From: Escherichia phage REP2
Length of the DNA stretch: 64,000 nt
Sequence record: OQ174501.1
Direction: 5' to 3' (one strand)
Of the stretch, positions 48,312 to 57,842 are shown piece by piece. Position numbers and translations under genes: made by a program. The notes under the pieces are model-generated. The model was given only the letters and a program-made list of their open reading frames with translations. It did no database searches and was not told the DNA's origin. Numbering within the stretch: the stretch's first letter is position 1; each line of letters starts with the position of its first letter.

Positions 48312-49739
48312 GTGGTAGAAATTATTCTTTCTCATCTTATATTTGATCAAGCTTATTTTTCAAAAGTTTGGCCATATATGGATTCAGAATATTTTGAAAG
48401 TGGTCCAGCTAAAAATACATTCAAATTAATTAAATCTCATGTTAATGAGTACCATAGCGTTCCATCTATTAATGCGCTAAATGTTGCATTAGAAAATAGT
48501 TCATTTACTGAAACAGAATATTCTGGTGTAAAAACACTTATTTCAAAACTGGCTGATTCTCCAGAAGACCACAGCTGGTTAATAAAAGAAACAGAAAAAT
48601 ATGTTCAGCAAAGGGCGATGTTTAATGCTACGTCTAAAATAATCGAAATTCAAACCAATGCTGAGCTTCCTCCAGAAAAACGAAATAAGAAAATGCCAGA
48701 TGTAGGTGCTATTCCTGACATCATGCGCCAAGCATTATCAATTTCATTTGATAGCTACGTTGGCCATGATTGGATGGATGACTATGAAGCACGTTGGCTA
48801 TCTTATATGAATAAAGCTCGTAAGGTTCCATTTAGACTCAAAATTCTAAATAAAATTACAAAAGGCGGAGCTGAAACAGGAACACTGAACGTTTTAATGG
48901 CTGGCGTTAACGTTGGTAAATCATTAGGACTTTGTTCATTAGCAGCAGATTATTTGCAGCTTGGTCATAACGTTCTTTATATCTCCATGGAAATGGCAGA
49001 AGAAGTCTGTGCTAAACGTATTGATGCTAATATGCTTGATGTTTCTCTTGATGACATTGATGATGGACATATTTCTTACGCTGAGTATAAAGGAAAAATG
49101 GAAAAATGGCGTGAGAAATCTACTCTCGGTCGTTTAATCGTTAAGCAATATCCTACTGGTGGAGCAGACGCTAATACATTTCGATCACTTTTAAATGAAT
49201 TGAAGCTCAAAAAGAATTTTGTTCCAACAATCATTATTGTCGACTATCTAGGTATTTGTAAATCTTGCCGCATCAGAGTTTATTCAGAAAATAGTTACAC
49301 AACTGTTAAAGCTATTGCAGAGGAATTACGTGCTCTGGCTGTTGAAACAGAAACTGTTCTTTGGACTGCAGCACAGGTTGGTAAACAAGCTTGGGACTCT
49401 TCTGATGTTAACATGAGTGATATCGCAGAATCTGCTGGTCTTCCAGCAACAGCTGATTTTATGCTTGCAGTCATTGAAACCGAGGAGCTAGCAGCTGCTG
49501 AACAACAACTCATTAAGCAAATCAAATCACGATATGGTGATAAGAATAAGTGGAATAAGTTTTTGATGGGTGTTCAAAAAGGAAATCAAAAATGGGTAGA
49601 AATTGAACAAGATTCTACTCCAACAGAAGTGAGTGAAGTAGCGGGTTCACAACAGATTCAGGCTGAACAGAATCGCTATCAAAGAAACGAATCAGCTCGA
49701 GCTCAGTTAGATGCTTTGGCAAATGAATTAAAATTTTAG
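48312..49739 (+). CDS. 41: Replicative DNA helicase gp41 (DnaB-like)
   Basis: 475 aa; Walker A GVNVGKS; GTG start; matches T4 gp41 as I recall it. Confidence 0.95.
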   Translation: MVEIILSHLIFDQAYFSKVWPYMDSEYFESGPAKNTFKLIKSHVNEYHSVPSINALNVALENSSFTETEYSGVKTLISKLADSPEDHSWLIKETEKYVQQRAMFNATSKIIEIQTNAELPPEKRNKKMPDVGAIPDIMRQALSISFDSYVGHDWMDDYEARWLSYMNKARKVPFRLKILNKITKGGAETGTLNVLMAGVNVGKSLGLCSLAADYLQLGHNVLYISMEMAEEVCAKRIDANMLDVSLDDIDDGHISYAEYKGKMEKWREKSTLGRLIVKQYPTGGADANTFRSLLNELKLKKNFVPTIIIVDYLGICKSCRIRVYSENSYTTVKAIAEELRALAVETETVLWTAAQVGKQAWDSSDVNMSDIAESAGLPATADFMLAVIETEELAAAEQQLIKQIKSRYGDKNKWNKFLMGVQKGNQKWVEIEQDSTPTEVSEVAGSQQIQAEQNRYQRNESARAQLDALANELKF

Positions 49740-49770
49740 TTTACAAGCTGACAAGACTATGGTATAGTAG
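49730..49770 (+). promoter_or_regulatory. T4 early promoter with flanking inverted repeat
   Basis: GTTTAC 49739-49744, TATAGT 49763-49768; caagact / agtcttg arms. Confidence 0.6.
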
Positions 49771-49797
49771 TCTTGTTGGTTAAATGAGGAGATTGTT

Positions 49798-49980
49798 ATG
49801 GAATTGGTAAAGGTAGTTTTTATGGGGTGGTTTAAGAATGAAAGCATGTTTACTAAAGAAACCACAATGATGAAAGATGACGTTCAATGGGCTACTACTC
49901 AATATGCTGAAGTTAATAAAGCATTAGTTAAAGCTTTCATTGATGACAAGAAAGTATGTGAAGTAGATTGCCGAGGATAA
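49798..49980 (+). CDS. dmd: Dmd antitoxin (inhibitor of host RnlA/LsoA RNases)
   Basis: 60 aa; MELVKVVFMGWFKNESMFTKE...VCEVDCRG matches T4 Dmd as I recall it. Confidence 0.88.
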   Translation: MELVKVVFMGWFKNESMFTKETTMMKDDVQWATTQYAEVNKALVKAFIDDKKVCEVDCRG

Positions 49981-49981
49981 T

Positions 49982-50239
49982 ATGCATATTGTTTTATTTA
50001 AACCTACTCCATATAACGTCAGGAAAAATACGCAATTCAAAGCACTTATTGCAGATACATGGGAATTGGTGCTAGATATTCCAGCAGAAGAAAGTCCTCC
50101 ATTTGGTCGAGTGGAATTTATTAAGTTTGCTGTACGTCCTACGAAGAGGCAGATTCGTCAATGCAAAAGATATTTTCGTAAGATCGTTAAGTTAGAGAAA
50201 CAGTTTGTAACATGTGATTATGCAGAAGTTTTAAAATAA
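49982..50239 (+). CDS. 61.4-position small basic protein (possible TifA-like anti-ToxIN factor)
   Basis: 85 aa, basic C-terminus; position between dmd and sp. Confidence 0.45.
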   Translation: MHIVLFKPTPYNVRKNTQFKALIADTWELVLDIPAEESPPFGRVEFIKFAVRPTKRQIRQCKRYFRKIVKLEKQFVTCDYAEVLK

Positions 50240-50299
50240 CTATTTACTTTTGTTGGAAATTGAGATACTATATAAACATAAACTACTGAGGAGATTATC

Positions 50300-50593
50300 A
50301 TGAAAAAATTTATTTTTGCTACAATTTTTGCTTTAGCTTCTTGTGCTGCTCAGCCTGCTATGGCAGGTTATGATAAAGATTTGTGTGAATGGTCTATGAC
50401 TGCGGATCAGACTGAAGTTGAAACTCAAATTGAAGCAGATATTATGAATATCGTTGAGCGCGATCGCCCTGAAATGAAAGCTGAAGTGCAAAAACAGCTT
50501 AAGTCTGGCGGTATCATGCAGTACAATTATGTTTTGTATTGCGATAAAAACTTCAATAATAAAAATATCGTAACCGAAATCACAGGTGAATAA
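50300..50593 (+). CDS. sp: Spackle (periplasmic lysozyme inhibitor / superinfection exclusion)
   Basis: 97 aa with signal peptide MKKFIFATIFALASCAAQPAMA. Confidence 0.8.
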   Translation: MKKFIFATIFALASCAAQPAMAGYDKDLCEWSMTADQTEVETQIEADIMNIVERDRPEMKAEVQKQLKSGGIMQYNYVLYCDKNFNNKNIVTEITGE

Positions 50594-51230
50594 TATGATT
50601 TATTATATGCACAAAAATCCACCGTTTAAATACGGTAAATTTCCTGATGCACAATGTTATAATATAACGCCGAATGAAAATAATAACGGATATCATATTG
50701 GTGTAATTTTTGTAATTGTTAAAGATAACGAAATCGTTGCCTGGGCAGATTTTAAAGGTACAACATATGATGTTAATCCTGTGCCTTTCACATATTACAA
50801 TATAATGGATTTGGCATATGATTATAATTGGTTTAATCATGACGCGTTGGCTCATATTGAAGGTGTAGGATTTGACATCTCTTATTCTAGCTATTCATTA
50901 TGTCCTATGAGCCGAGCTCACGGTAAAGATGTATCATATCTTTCAATTCGGAAACGTGTAATCTTCAAACGTAGTACAGAGTATGTTGGCGGGCTCTTTG
51001 TTAAAGATAATAAAATAACCCGCATTAGTTATCCTTTAAGTGTAGATCAAAAAGATGTTGATGTTGATTTAGACTTAACTGAAAATAACATTAATCGTAT
51101 TGCTTCTGTGTATTTTGATATCGATGAAAAAATTGTAGTGTGTGGATACGAATTACCAGCAGAAAAACAGTCTAAAGTAAATGTTTCTATTGATGACCAA
51201 ATTTTTAATGCTTTTATGAATAGAGGTTAA
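50586..51230 (+). CDS. 61.2-position protein (AdfA-like anti-DarT candidate)
   Basis: 214 aa; position between sp and 61. Confidence 0.5.
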   Translation: MNNMIYYMHKNPPFKYGKFPDAQCYNITPNENNNGYHIGVIFVIVKDNEIVAWADFKGTTYDVNPVPFTYYNIMDLAYDYNWFNHDALAHIEGVGFDISYSSYSLCPMSRAHGKDVSYLSIRKRVIFKRSTEYVGGLFVKDNKITRISYPLSVDQKDVDVDLDLTENNINRIASVYFDIDEKIVVCGYELPAEKQSKVNVSIDDQIFNAFMNRG

Positions 51231-51231
51231 T

Positions 51232-51396
51232 ATGAAAACATATAAAGAATTTATTAAAGAAGATATGGTTGCTGGAGATTCAGGTGGTAATCTTGAAAAT
51301 ATCTCTACTGGAACAACATCAGGTGCTGTAGTAAATAAAGGTCCTGAACAAATTCCTAAAAAGAAAAAAGAGGAATCTAAAGAAAAAGAAGAGTAA
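51232..51396 (+). CDS. Small protein with Ip-like capsid-targeting N-terminus
   Basis: MKTYKEFIKE|D mirrors the Ip capsid-targeting sequence MKTYQEFITE|A; 54 aa; Lys/Glu-rich tail. Confidence 0.5.
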   Translation: MKTYKEFIKEDMVAGDSGGNLENISTGTTSGAVVNKGPEQIPKKKKEESKEKEE

Positions 51397-51398
51397 AA

Positions 51399-52427
51399 AT
51401 GTCATCAATACCTTGGATTGATAATGAGTTTGCATACCGTGCATTAGCTCATTTACCTAAATTCACACAAGTAAATAATAGTTCAACTTTTAAATTGCGG
51501 TTTAGATGCCCTGTTTGTGGAGATTCAAAAACCGACCAAAATAAAGCTCGTGGATGGTATTATGGTGATAATAATGAAGGAAATATTCATTGTTATAACT
51601 GTAACTATCATGCACCAATCGGAATATATTTAAAGGAGTTTGAACCCGATTTATATCGTGAGTATATCTTTGAAATAAGAAAAGAAAAAGGTAAAAGTCG
51701 TCCAGTAGAAAAACCTAAAGAACTTCCTAAACAACCTGAGAAGAAAATAATTAAATCTCTTCCGTCATGTGTTAGATTAGATAAACTGGCGGAAGACCAT
51801 CCAATTATAAAATACGTAAAAGCTCGTTGTATTCCAAAGGATAAATGGAAATATCTTTGGTTTACAACCGAATGGCCTAAATTAGTTAATAGCATAGCAC
51901 CAGGAACATACAAAAAGGAAATTTCTGAGCCTCGTCTTGTTATTCCAATTTATAATGCTAATGGAAAAGCTGAGTCTTTTCAAGGGCGTGCATTAAAGAA
52001 AGATGCTCCTCAAAAATATATCACCATTAAAGCTTATCCTGAGGCAACAAAAATATATGGAGTCGAACGAGTTAAAGATGGTGATGTATATGTTCTAGAA
52101 GGACCTATAGATTCACTTTTTATTGAAAATGGTATAGCTATTACGGGTGGTCAATTAGACCTAGAAGTTGTTCCATTTAAAGATAGACGAGTGTGGGTTT
52201 TAGATAATGAACCTCGTCACCCTGACACTATCAAGCGAATGACTAAATTAGTTGATGCAGGAGAAAGGGTTATGTTTTGGGATAAATCTCCCTGGAAATC
52301 AAAAGATGTCAATGATATGATTAGAAAGGAAGGTGCAACCCCTGAACAAATTATGGAATATATGAAAAATAATATTGCCCAGGGGTTGATGGCTAAAATG
52401 CGGCTATCTAAATATGCTAAGATTTAA
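51399..52427 (+). CDS. 61: DNA primase gp61
   Basis: 342 aa; zinc-binding CPVCGDS...CYNC, TOPRIM-type core. Confidence 0.93.
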   Translation: MSSIPWIDNEFAYRALAHLPKFTQVNNSSTFKLRFRCPVCGDSKTDQNKARGWYYGDNNEGNIHCYNCNYHAPIGIYLKEFEPDLYREYIFEIRKEKGKSRPVEKPKELPKQPEKKIIKSLPSCVRLDKLAEDHPIIKYVKARCIPKDKWKYLWFTTEWPKLVNSIAPGTYKKEISEPRLVIPIYNANGKAESFQGRALKKDAPQKYITIKAYPEATKIYGVERVKDGDVYVLEGPIDSLFIENGIAITGGQLDLEVVPFKDRRVWVLDNEPRHPDTIKRMTKLVDAGERVMFWDKSPWKSKDVNDMIRKEGATPEQIMEYMKNNIAQGLMAKMRLSKYAKI

Positions 52428-52624
52428 ATTAACCCAACTAAAGCAAATGCTAAATCTACAAATGTATCAAGAGTAACTACTGGAATATTAACACCATGCG
52501 CAATTGCAATTGGTGATAAAATAAAGTTCCAGAGTAAAATTCCTACCATAGCAGAAATAGTAAAAGCTATACGTTTCTTATTACCTTTGATGGCATTAAC
52601 AAGTGCCATTAATTTTTGTACCAT
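52424..52624 (-). CDS. Small membrane protein (66 aa)
   Basis: Minus-strand ORF with AGGAGG 5 nt upstream of its ATG; hydrophobic helices; convergent with gene 61. Confidence 0.5.
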   Translation of the reverse strand: MVQKLMALVNAIKGNKKRIAFTISAMVGILLWNFILSPIAIAHGVNIPVVTLDTFVDLAFALVGLI

Positions 52625-52695
52625 ATGTCCTCCTTATTGCTTTATATATTTATTGTATAATTAATCTACTAACCCATGAATTGAAAGGAAAAATA

Positions 52696-53214
52696 ATGGC
52701 TTACTTTAACGAATGTAGTCAACTGATTGAAGGCGCTGATAAAGCTCAAAATGAATATTGGGATATTCTCGGTGATGAAAAAGACCCGCTACAGGTTATG
52801 CTTGATATGCAGAAATCTTTACAGATTCGTTTAGCTAAAGATAAACCTGAATATAATCGTCATCCTGATGATTTGGCTACTGCCGGTGAAGTTGTTGATT
52901 GGTTGCGTAATCAGAAAGATTATATTGATGATGAATTCCGTGAACTTCTGACTTCTCTTGGTGGTATGAGTAATGGTGAAAAAGACGCATCTGCTGTATG
53001 GAAACCTTGGAAGTCGCAGCATGGTGAACGTCGTGAAACTCTGATTACTGATTTGTCTCCGCAAGACCAACTGGAAATTAAGTTTGAAATGATTGATATT
53101 CTCCATTTCGTTCTGAACATGTTCCAAGGTCTTGGTCTTACAGCAGAAGAAATCTTTAAACTTTATTACCTGAAAAATGCTGAAAATTTCGCACGTCAAG
53201 ACCGAGGTTATTAA
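52696..53214 (+). CDS. 56: dCTPase/dCDPase gp56
   Basis: 172 aa from ATG 52696; MAYFNECSQLIEGADKAQNEYWDILGDEKDPLQVMLD matches T4 gp56 as I recall it. Confidence 0.88.
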   Translation: MAYFNECSQLIEGADKAQNEYWDILGDEKDPLQVMLDMQKSLQIRLAKDKPEYNRHPDDLATAGEVVDWLRNQKDYIDDEFRELLTSLGGMSNGEKDASAVWKPWKSQHGERRETLITDLSPQDQLEIKFEMIDILHFVLNMFQGLGLTAEEIFKLYYLKNAENFARQDRGY

Positions 53215-53244
53215 CAGCTCGTCTTAAAAGCCGCGAGAATTTAT

Positions 53245-53252
53245 TATAAATA
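53245..53252 (+). promoter_or_regulatory. T4-type late promoter (TATAAATA)
   Basis: Exact TATAAATA about 30 nt upstream of soc. Confidence 0.6.
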
Positions 53253-53282
53253 ATCATGTAATTTAAATAAAAGGAGAATTAC

Positions 53283-53540
53283 ATGGCTAGTACTCGCGGT
53301 TATGTTAATATTAAAACATTTGATCAAACAGTTGATGGTGGTACAATTCAGGGTAAAGAAATTTCTGTAGCTTTCCCTCTTTATTCTGATGTTCACAAAA
53401 TTTCTGGTGCTCATTATCAGACATTCCCTTCTGAAAAAGCAGCATATTCTACAGTATATGAAGAAAATCAGCGTACTGAATGGATCACTGCTAATGAAGG
53501 TCTTTGGACTGTTACACCTACACCAGGTGTAGGTGGTTAA
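53283..53540 (+). CDS. soc: Small outer capsid protein Soc
   Basis: MASTRGYVNIKTF...ISVAFPLYSDVHKISGAHYQTFPSEKAAYSTVYEENQRTEW matches T4 Soc as I recall it. Confidence 0.9.
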   Translation: MASTRGYVNIKTFDQTVDGGTIQGKEISVAFPLYSDVHKISGAHYQTFPSEKAAYSTVYEENQRTEWITANEGLWTVTPTPGVGG

Positions 53541-53548
53541 ATAATTTA

Positions 53549-53573
53549 AGGAATCCTTCGGGATTCCTTTTTT
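53549..53573 (+). terminator. Rho-independent terminator
   Basis: aggaatcc-ttcg-ggattcct + T6. Confidence 0.75.
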
Positions 53574-53577
53574 CATT

Positions 53578-53615
53578 TTATGGTTTACATGTCAAAATGA
53601 GTGTGGTATAATAAA
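53578..53615 (+). promoter_or_regulatory. T4 early promoter
   Basis: GTTTAC 53584-53589, TATAAT 53607-53612. Confidence 0.6.
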
Positions 53616-53638
53616 AATATCTTATAGAGGAGAACACT

Positions 53639-53851
53639 ATGTTAAATCGTTGGATTAAACCAAATGAAGACCTTCAGAAGGTTCTTGATAAAGCTATCTC
53701 TGATAAATGGGGTATGAAAAGCTGGGATTGTGATGTCGTCACGCATTCATTCATGATGCATGTGGATGGTTCAGTCGAGTTCAATGCTGAAATGCGATAT
53801 ACTGACTGGGATGGATTTCAAAGAGTCGAATTTCAAAGAGGATTTTTGTGA
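53639..53851 (+). CDS. Hypothetical small protein
   Basis: 70 aa; SD gaggag. Confidence 0.5.
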   Translation: MLNRWIKPNEDLQKVLDKAISDKWGMKSWDCDVVTHSFMMHVDGSVEFNAEMRYTDWDGFQRVEFQRGFL

Positions 53852-54192
53852 TGTTTATCTTTAAATGGTTTAAAAATTTCTTTACGGATTTTTTCTCTAC
53901 GACTCCTGGAGAAGGTGTAGTTCCTATTTCAAATGACTATCTTCCTTTAACTGTAGTTGAGTATGTTTATATGGGAGATGGAACAGTAGAAGCAGTTACT
54001 ATGACTTATGAAGAAGCCCAAGAATATTATAAAAATCCTTGGCGCTGGTCAGTACCTACTACATCATCTAATGCACAGAATACACAGTCTAGTTCTGATT
54101 TATATGATACTAATGTTCCTGTTCATGTATGGACGGGCGATTCATGTGGAAGTTCTTGTGATTCTAGTTGTTCATCTACATCTTGTGATTGA
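53848..54192 (+). CDS. Hypothetical protein with Cys/Ser-rich C-terminal tail
   Basis: C-terminus [18 protein letters not shown]. Confidence 0.5.
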   Translation: MMFIFKWFKNFFTDFFSTTPGEGVVPISNDYLPLTVVEYVYMGDGTVEAVTMTYEEAQEYYKNPWRWSVPTTSSNAQNTQSSSDLYDTNVPVHVWTGDSCGSSCDSSCSSTSCD

Positions 54193-54200
54193 GGAAAATT

Positions 54201-54695
54201 ATGGAAGCAATTTTGTTTGAAATGTTTATCAATAGTATTAGTACGGTGTTTGTCAAGGATGTTCCAATTACTGTAGCAGTAATGATTGACAAAAGATATG
54301 ACAATAGCATGTATCTAGTAGAAGATTTTATTTCAATGCCAGTTCCAGAAGATGTTGAAATAAAACTTAAAAAGATCGGAATTATTGAAACTGTACAAAA
54401 TTCTCCGTTTACGTCAATTCAAGCATTTACTAAATCTAACTATATTGATGCTGGTGAAGCATTTTATAACAATAAACCGTTGTCCTTCTATTCATATGAT
54501 TCAGTACATGACTGGAAAATAGATAAGGGAGATAAGGGAAATAAATTCATAATTGCGGAAGAAATTGCGCTATCATATTTTATTACTTCTTTATGGAATA
54601 AATTAACTCCAAATTTGCTAAAAATTCATAAATTTGACGATGCTCCTACTGTTGTTTTAGGTAAAACAAATGAAAGCTCTGAAGAAGATGCTTGA
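54201..54695 (+). CDS. Hypothetical protein (mrh region)
   Basis: ATG after gaggaaaatt (ORF track starts at 54189); 164 aa. Confidence 0.5.
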   Translation: MEAILFEMFINSISTVFVKDVPITVAVMIDKRYDNSMYLVEDFISMPVPEDVEIKLKKIGIIETVQNSPFTSIQAFTKSNYIDAGEAFYNNKPLSFYSYDSVHDWKIDKGDKGNKFIIAEEIALSYFITSLWNKLTPNLLKIHKFDDAPTVVLGKTNESSEEDA

Positions 54696-54873
54696 ATGGT
54701 TCAATAGACCAAACTCAATGTATATTGATGATGGTTGGGTTGAACAGGCAAATAAAGAAATGCAGAACGAATCAGAAGAATGGATGAAATCAATGATTAG
54801 TGCTGAGAAAGAAAAGAAATTAGAACGCTCAGCGCTTAAATTAATGAGAGACATCTATGGGGATAAATCGTGA
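54670..54873 (+). CDS. Hypothetical small protein (srh-position candidate)
   Basis: 67 aa. Confidence 0.45.
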   Translation: MKALKKMLEWFNRPNSMYIDDGWVEQANKEMQNESEEWMKSMISAEKEKKLERSALKLMRDIYGDKS

Positions 54874-54881
54874 ACAGAGAT

Positions 54882-55034
54882 ATGATATTAGAAGAGGCTA
54901 AAGCTAAAGCAAATGAAGCAATGGATTTGCTTCTTAAAATTGGCAGTAAAATGATGGAAGAAAATGAGAAATATATCCAGGAAAACAAAATTCCTGACGG
55001 TCCATTAGTAGGCAAGAGGAAATCGCATGATTGA
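54882..55034 (+). CDS. Hypothetical small protein (50 aa)
   Basis: Short ORF filling the gap; alternative GTG start at 54870. Confidence 0.3.
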   Translation: MILEEAKAKANEAMDLLLKIGSKMMEENEKYIQENKIPDGPLVGKRKSHD

Positions 55035-55497
55035 AGTAGCAAAACATTATTCAATAGAATTTATGTCTAAAGAAGGTAAATCAGTAAATGCACTTGATAA
55101 AAAATGCTCATTAATTATTCCTTTAGCAGAAAATCCGGATCTTTTAATTAAAGATATAAAAGAAAGAAAATATCCAGAAAATGTTATTCTAATTATAAAG
55201 CATACTGAAGATATTTTACAGAATACTGATTCACCGTTTTCTTCTTCTGAAGCTTTAACTATTAAAGGCTATAAAAGAGCCCATGAATATGGTCTTTTTG
55301 ACCTGTTTGAAGACGATAAAGTTAAATTAGCGAGTCAACCTTCTAAAAGTAAATCATTCATTATTGAAGATATTAAAGATATAAATGCATTTGTTAAGAT
55401 GGTCTGGGCTCATTTTGATGTTGGACTACGCTGGAGAATGTCTGAAGAAGAAAGAAAGATTATTGAAGCTAATCGTTATTTTGGTTTTTATCGCTAG
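55027..55497 (+). CDS. Hypothetical protein
   Basis: 156 aa. Confidence 0.5.
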   Translation: MIEVAKHYSIEFMSKEGKSVNALDKKCSLIIPLAENPDLLIKDIKERKYPENVILIIKHTEDILQNTDSPFSSSEALTIKGYKRAHEYGLFDLFEDDKVKLASQPSKSKSFIIEDIKDINAFVKMVWAHFDVGLRWRMSEEERKIIEANRYFGFYR

Positions 55498-55505
55498 GAA
55501 TTAAT

Positions 55506-55688
55506 ATGGATTTATTTGAGATGTTAGAAGATAATCATTCTACGAATATCCAGAATGATTCTAGTGATTATAAGAAAGAGTACCGTATAGTATTACAGAA
55601 TTATGGAATTGAAGCCCCAGATGCTCTTCTAGAAGAACTAGCTTCATACCATCTTGACCCTCCGCCTTGGGCTCCCTGGGCAAAATAA
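55506..55688 (+). CDS. Hypothetical small acidic protein
   Basis: 60 aa. Confidence 0.45.
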   Translation: MDLFEMLEDNHSTNIQNDSSDYKKEYRIVLQNYGIEAPDALLEELASYHLDPPPWAPWAK

Positions 55689-55691
55689 TTC

Positions 55692-55732
55692 AAAAAGTTG
55701 TTTACTTTCCTTCCTAACAATGATATGATAGC
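55692..55732 (+). promoter_or_regulatory. T4 early promoter
   Basis: GTTTAC 55700-55705, TATGAT 55724-55729. Confidence 0.5.
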
Positions 55733-55755
55733 TTCTGAAGTATATGGAGGCTATC

Positions 55756-56379
55756 ATGATTATTAATCTCACAGATGTTGAACAGTTATCTATAAAAGCT
55801 GAAAGTGTCGATTTTCAATATGATATGTACAAAAAGGTCTGTGAAAAATTTACTGACTTTGAACAGTCAGTTCTTTGGCAGTGTATGGAAGCCAAAAAGA
55901 ATGAAGCTCTTCATCGGCAGTTGAATAAAATCGTTAAAAAGCATTTAACTAAATCGCCTTATCAGCTATATCGTGGTATATCAAAATCGACAAAAGAACT
56001 CATTAAAGATTTACAAGTTGGAGAAGTGTTTTCAACGAACAGAGTAGATTCATTTACTACTAGTTTGCACATAGCATGTGGTTTTTCTTATGTTGAGTAT
56101 TTCACTGAAATAATATTTCGCTTAAAAACTGATAAAGCTTTTAATTATTCTGACCATATCAGCGATATTATACTTTCTTCTCCTAATACTGAATTTAAGT
56201 ATACATATGAAGATACTGATGGATTAGATTCAGAACGTACTGATAACTTAATGATGATTGTACGTGAACAAGAATGGATGATTCCAATTGGAAAGTATAA
56301 AATAACTTCTATTTCAAAAGAAAAATTACACGATTCATTTGGAACATTTAAAGTGTATGATATTGAGGTAGTTGAATGA
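55756..56379 (+). CDS. modB: ADP-ribosyltransferase ModB
   Basis: 207 aa; ART R-S-E motifs (YRGI, FSTN, EQEWMIP); first of a tandem ART pair upstream of dda. Confidence 0.75.
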   Translation: MIINLTDVEQLSIKAESVDFQYDMYKKVCEKFTDFEQSVLWQCMEAKKNEALHRQLNKIVKKHLTKSPYQLYRGISKSTKELIKDLQVGEVFSTNRVDSFTTSLHIACGFSYVEYFTEIIFRLKTDKAFNYSDHISDIILSSPNTEFKYTYEDTDGLDSERTDNLMMIVREQEWMIPIGKYKITSISKEKLHDSFGTFKVYDIEVVE

Positions 56380-56978
56380 AATACTCAGTAATGCAACTAA
56401 AAGATTTTAAAATAAAATCAATGGATGCATCGGTGCGTGCTTCTATTCGTGAAGAATTACTTTCCGAAGGATTTAATTTATCTGAAATTGAACTTTTAAT
56501 TCATTGTATTACTAATAAACCAGACGATCATTCTTGGTTAAATGAAATAGTCAAATCTCGTTTGGTTCCAAACGATAAACCTCTTTGGAGAGGTGTTCCA
56601 GTTGAGACTAAACAGGTGTTAAATCAAGGAATTGATATTATTACATTTGATAAAGTAGTATCAGCTTCATATGATAAAAATATAGCTCTACATTTTGCTT
56701 CTGGATTAGAATACAACACACAAGTTATTTTTGAATTCAAAGCTCCTATGGTGTTTAATTTCCAGGAGTATGCTATAAAAGCTTTACGTTGTAAAGAATA
56801 TAGTCCGAGTTTTAAGTTTCCGGATAGCCATCGCTATCGTAATATGGAATTAGTTTCAGATGAACAAGAAGTAATGATACCAGCTGGAAGTGTATTTAGA
56901 ATTGCGGATAGATACGAGTATAAAAAGTATTCAACATACACTATCTATACTCTTGATTTTGAAGGATTTAATCTATAA
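56376..56978 (+). CDS. modA: ADP-ribosyltransferase ModA
   Basis: 200 aa; ART motifs (WRGV, VSASYD, EQEVMIP). Confidence 0.75.
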   Translation: MKYSVMQLKDFKIKSMDASVRASIREELLSEGFNLSEIELLIHCITNKPDDHSWLNEIVKSRLVPNDKPLWRGVPVETKQVLNQGIDIITFDKVVSASYDKNIALHFASGLEYNTQVIFEFKAPMVFNFQEYAIKALRCKEYSPSFKFPDSHRYRNMELVSDEQEVMIPAGSVFRIADRYEYKKYSTYTIYTLDFEGFNL

Positions 56979-57027
56979 TGGAAGGACTTAGATTCATTAT
57001 ACCATGAAAGTTTTAAAGCATTTTTCA

Positions 57028-57066
57028 TAAAGTTGTTTACAAGCTGAAGTAAAAATGTTATAGTAT
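57028..57066 (+). promoter_or_regulatory. T4 early promoter
   Basis: GTTTAC 57035-57040, TATAGT 57059-57064. Confidence 0.6.
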
Positions 57067-57094
57067 AAGTAGTTAACCCGTCCGTGAGAAAAAT

Positions 57095-57841
57095 ATGAAA
57101 CTGTCTAAAAATCAAATTCGTAAAATTACACGTCGTCTAGAGCACACTCAGGCATCTGCTAAAAGACGTTCTAAAGATTTTAACTTAGACTTCAATTACA
57201 TTAAGAACATTTTAGATCAGAAAGTTTGCGCTTACTCAGGAGAACCTTTTGATAATCGTATTGAAGGAGAGAAATTATCATTAGAACGTTTTGATAATAA
57301 CGTTGGATACATTAAAGGGAATGTTATTGCAGTAAAGAAAAAGTACAATACATTTCGTTCTGATTATACTTTAGAAGAGTTGATTGAAAAGCGTGATTTA
57401 TTTGCTTTGCGAATTGGTCGTTCATCTGCGAAAAAAGTTTATAAACTAAATTTAGATGAAAAGAAATGGGCTAAAATCAAAAAGACTTATAATCAAATTA
57501 AAGCTATACAGAAAAAACGTGAAAACCGAATTGAGCACATTTCTCAGCTTTCTAAATCAAAACAGACCTCTGACGTTAAGCTAACGATTGTAGCACTCAA
57601 AGCTCGTATTGATGGTTCTCGTATAGCAGAAGGAACTGAAGTTGTTAAATTGAACGTTCTTCTTAAAGGCTCGGATTGGAAAACTGTGAAAAAGTTGTCA
57701 GAAGCAGAAATGCAATATGATATGTGTGATAAAATTATTCAAGGTGTAGAGCGGTATCAAAACTTGTCTTTTATTGATAAACTTAAACTGAAAAGAGGAT
57801 ACCCGCTAAATTGTTCAATTTTTAAACTTATCCGAGGATAA
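57095..57841 (+). CDS. Hypothetical protein (srd position)
   Basis: 248 aa; between modA and dda.1; identity as Srd not verified. Confidence 0.5.
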   Translation: MKLSKNQIRKITRRLEHTQASAKRRSKDFNLDFNYIKNILDQKVCAYSGEPFDNRIEGEKLSLERFDNNVGYIKGNVIAVKKKYNTFRSDYTLEELIEKRDLFALRIGRSSAKKVYKLNLDEKKWAKIKKTYNQIKAIQKKRENRIEHISQLSKSKQTSDVKLTIVALKARIDGSRIAEGTEVVKLNVLLKGSDWKTVKKLSEAEMQYDMCDKIIQGVERYQNLSFIDKLKLKRGYPLNCSIFKLIRG

Positions 57842-57842
57842 T

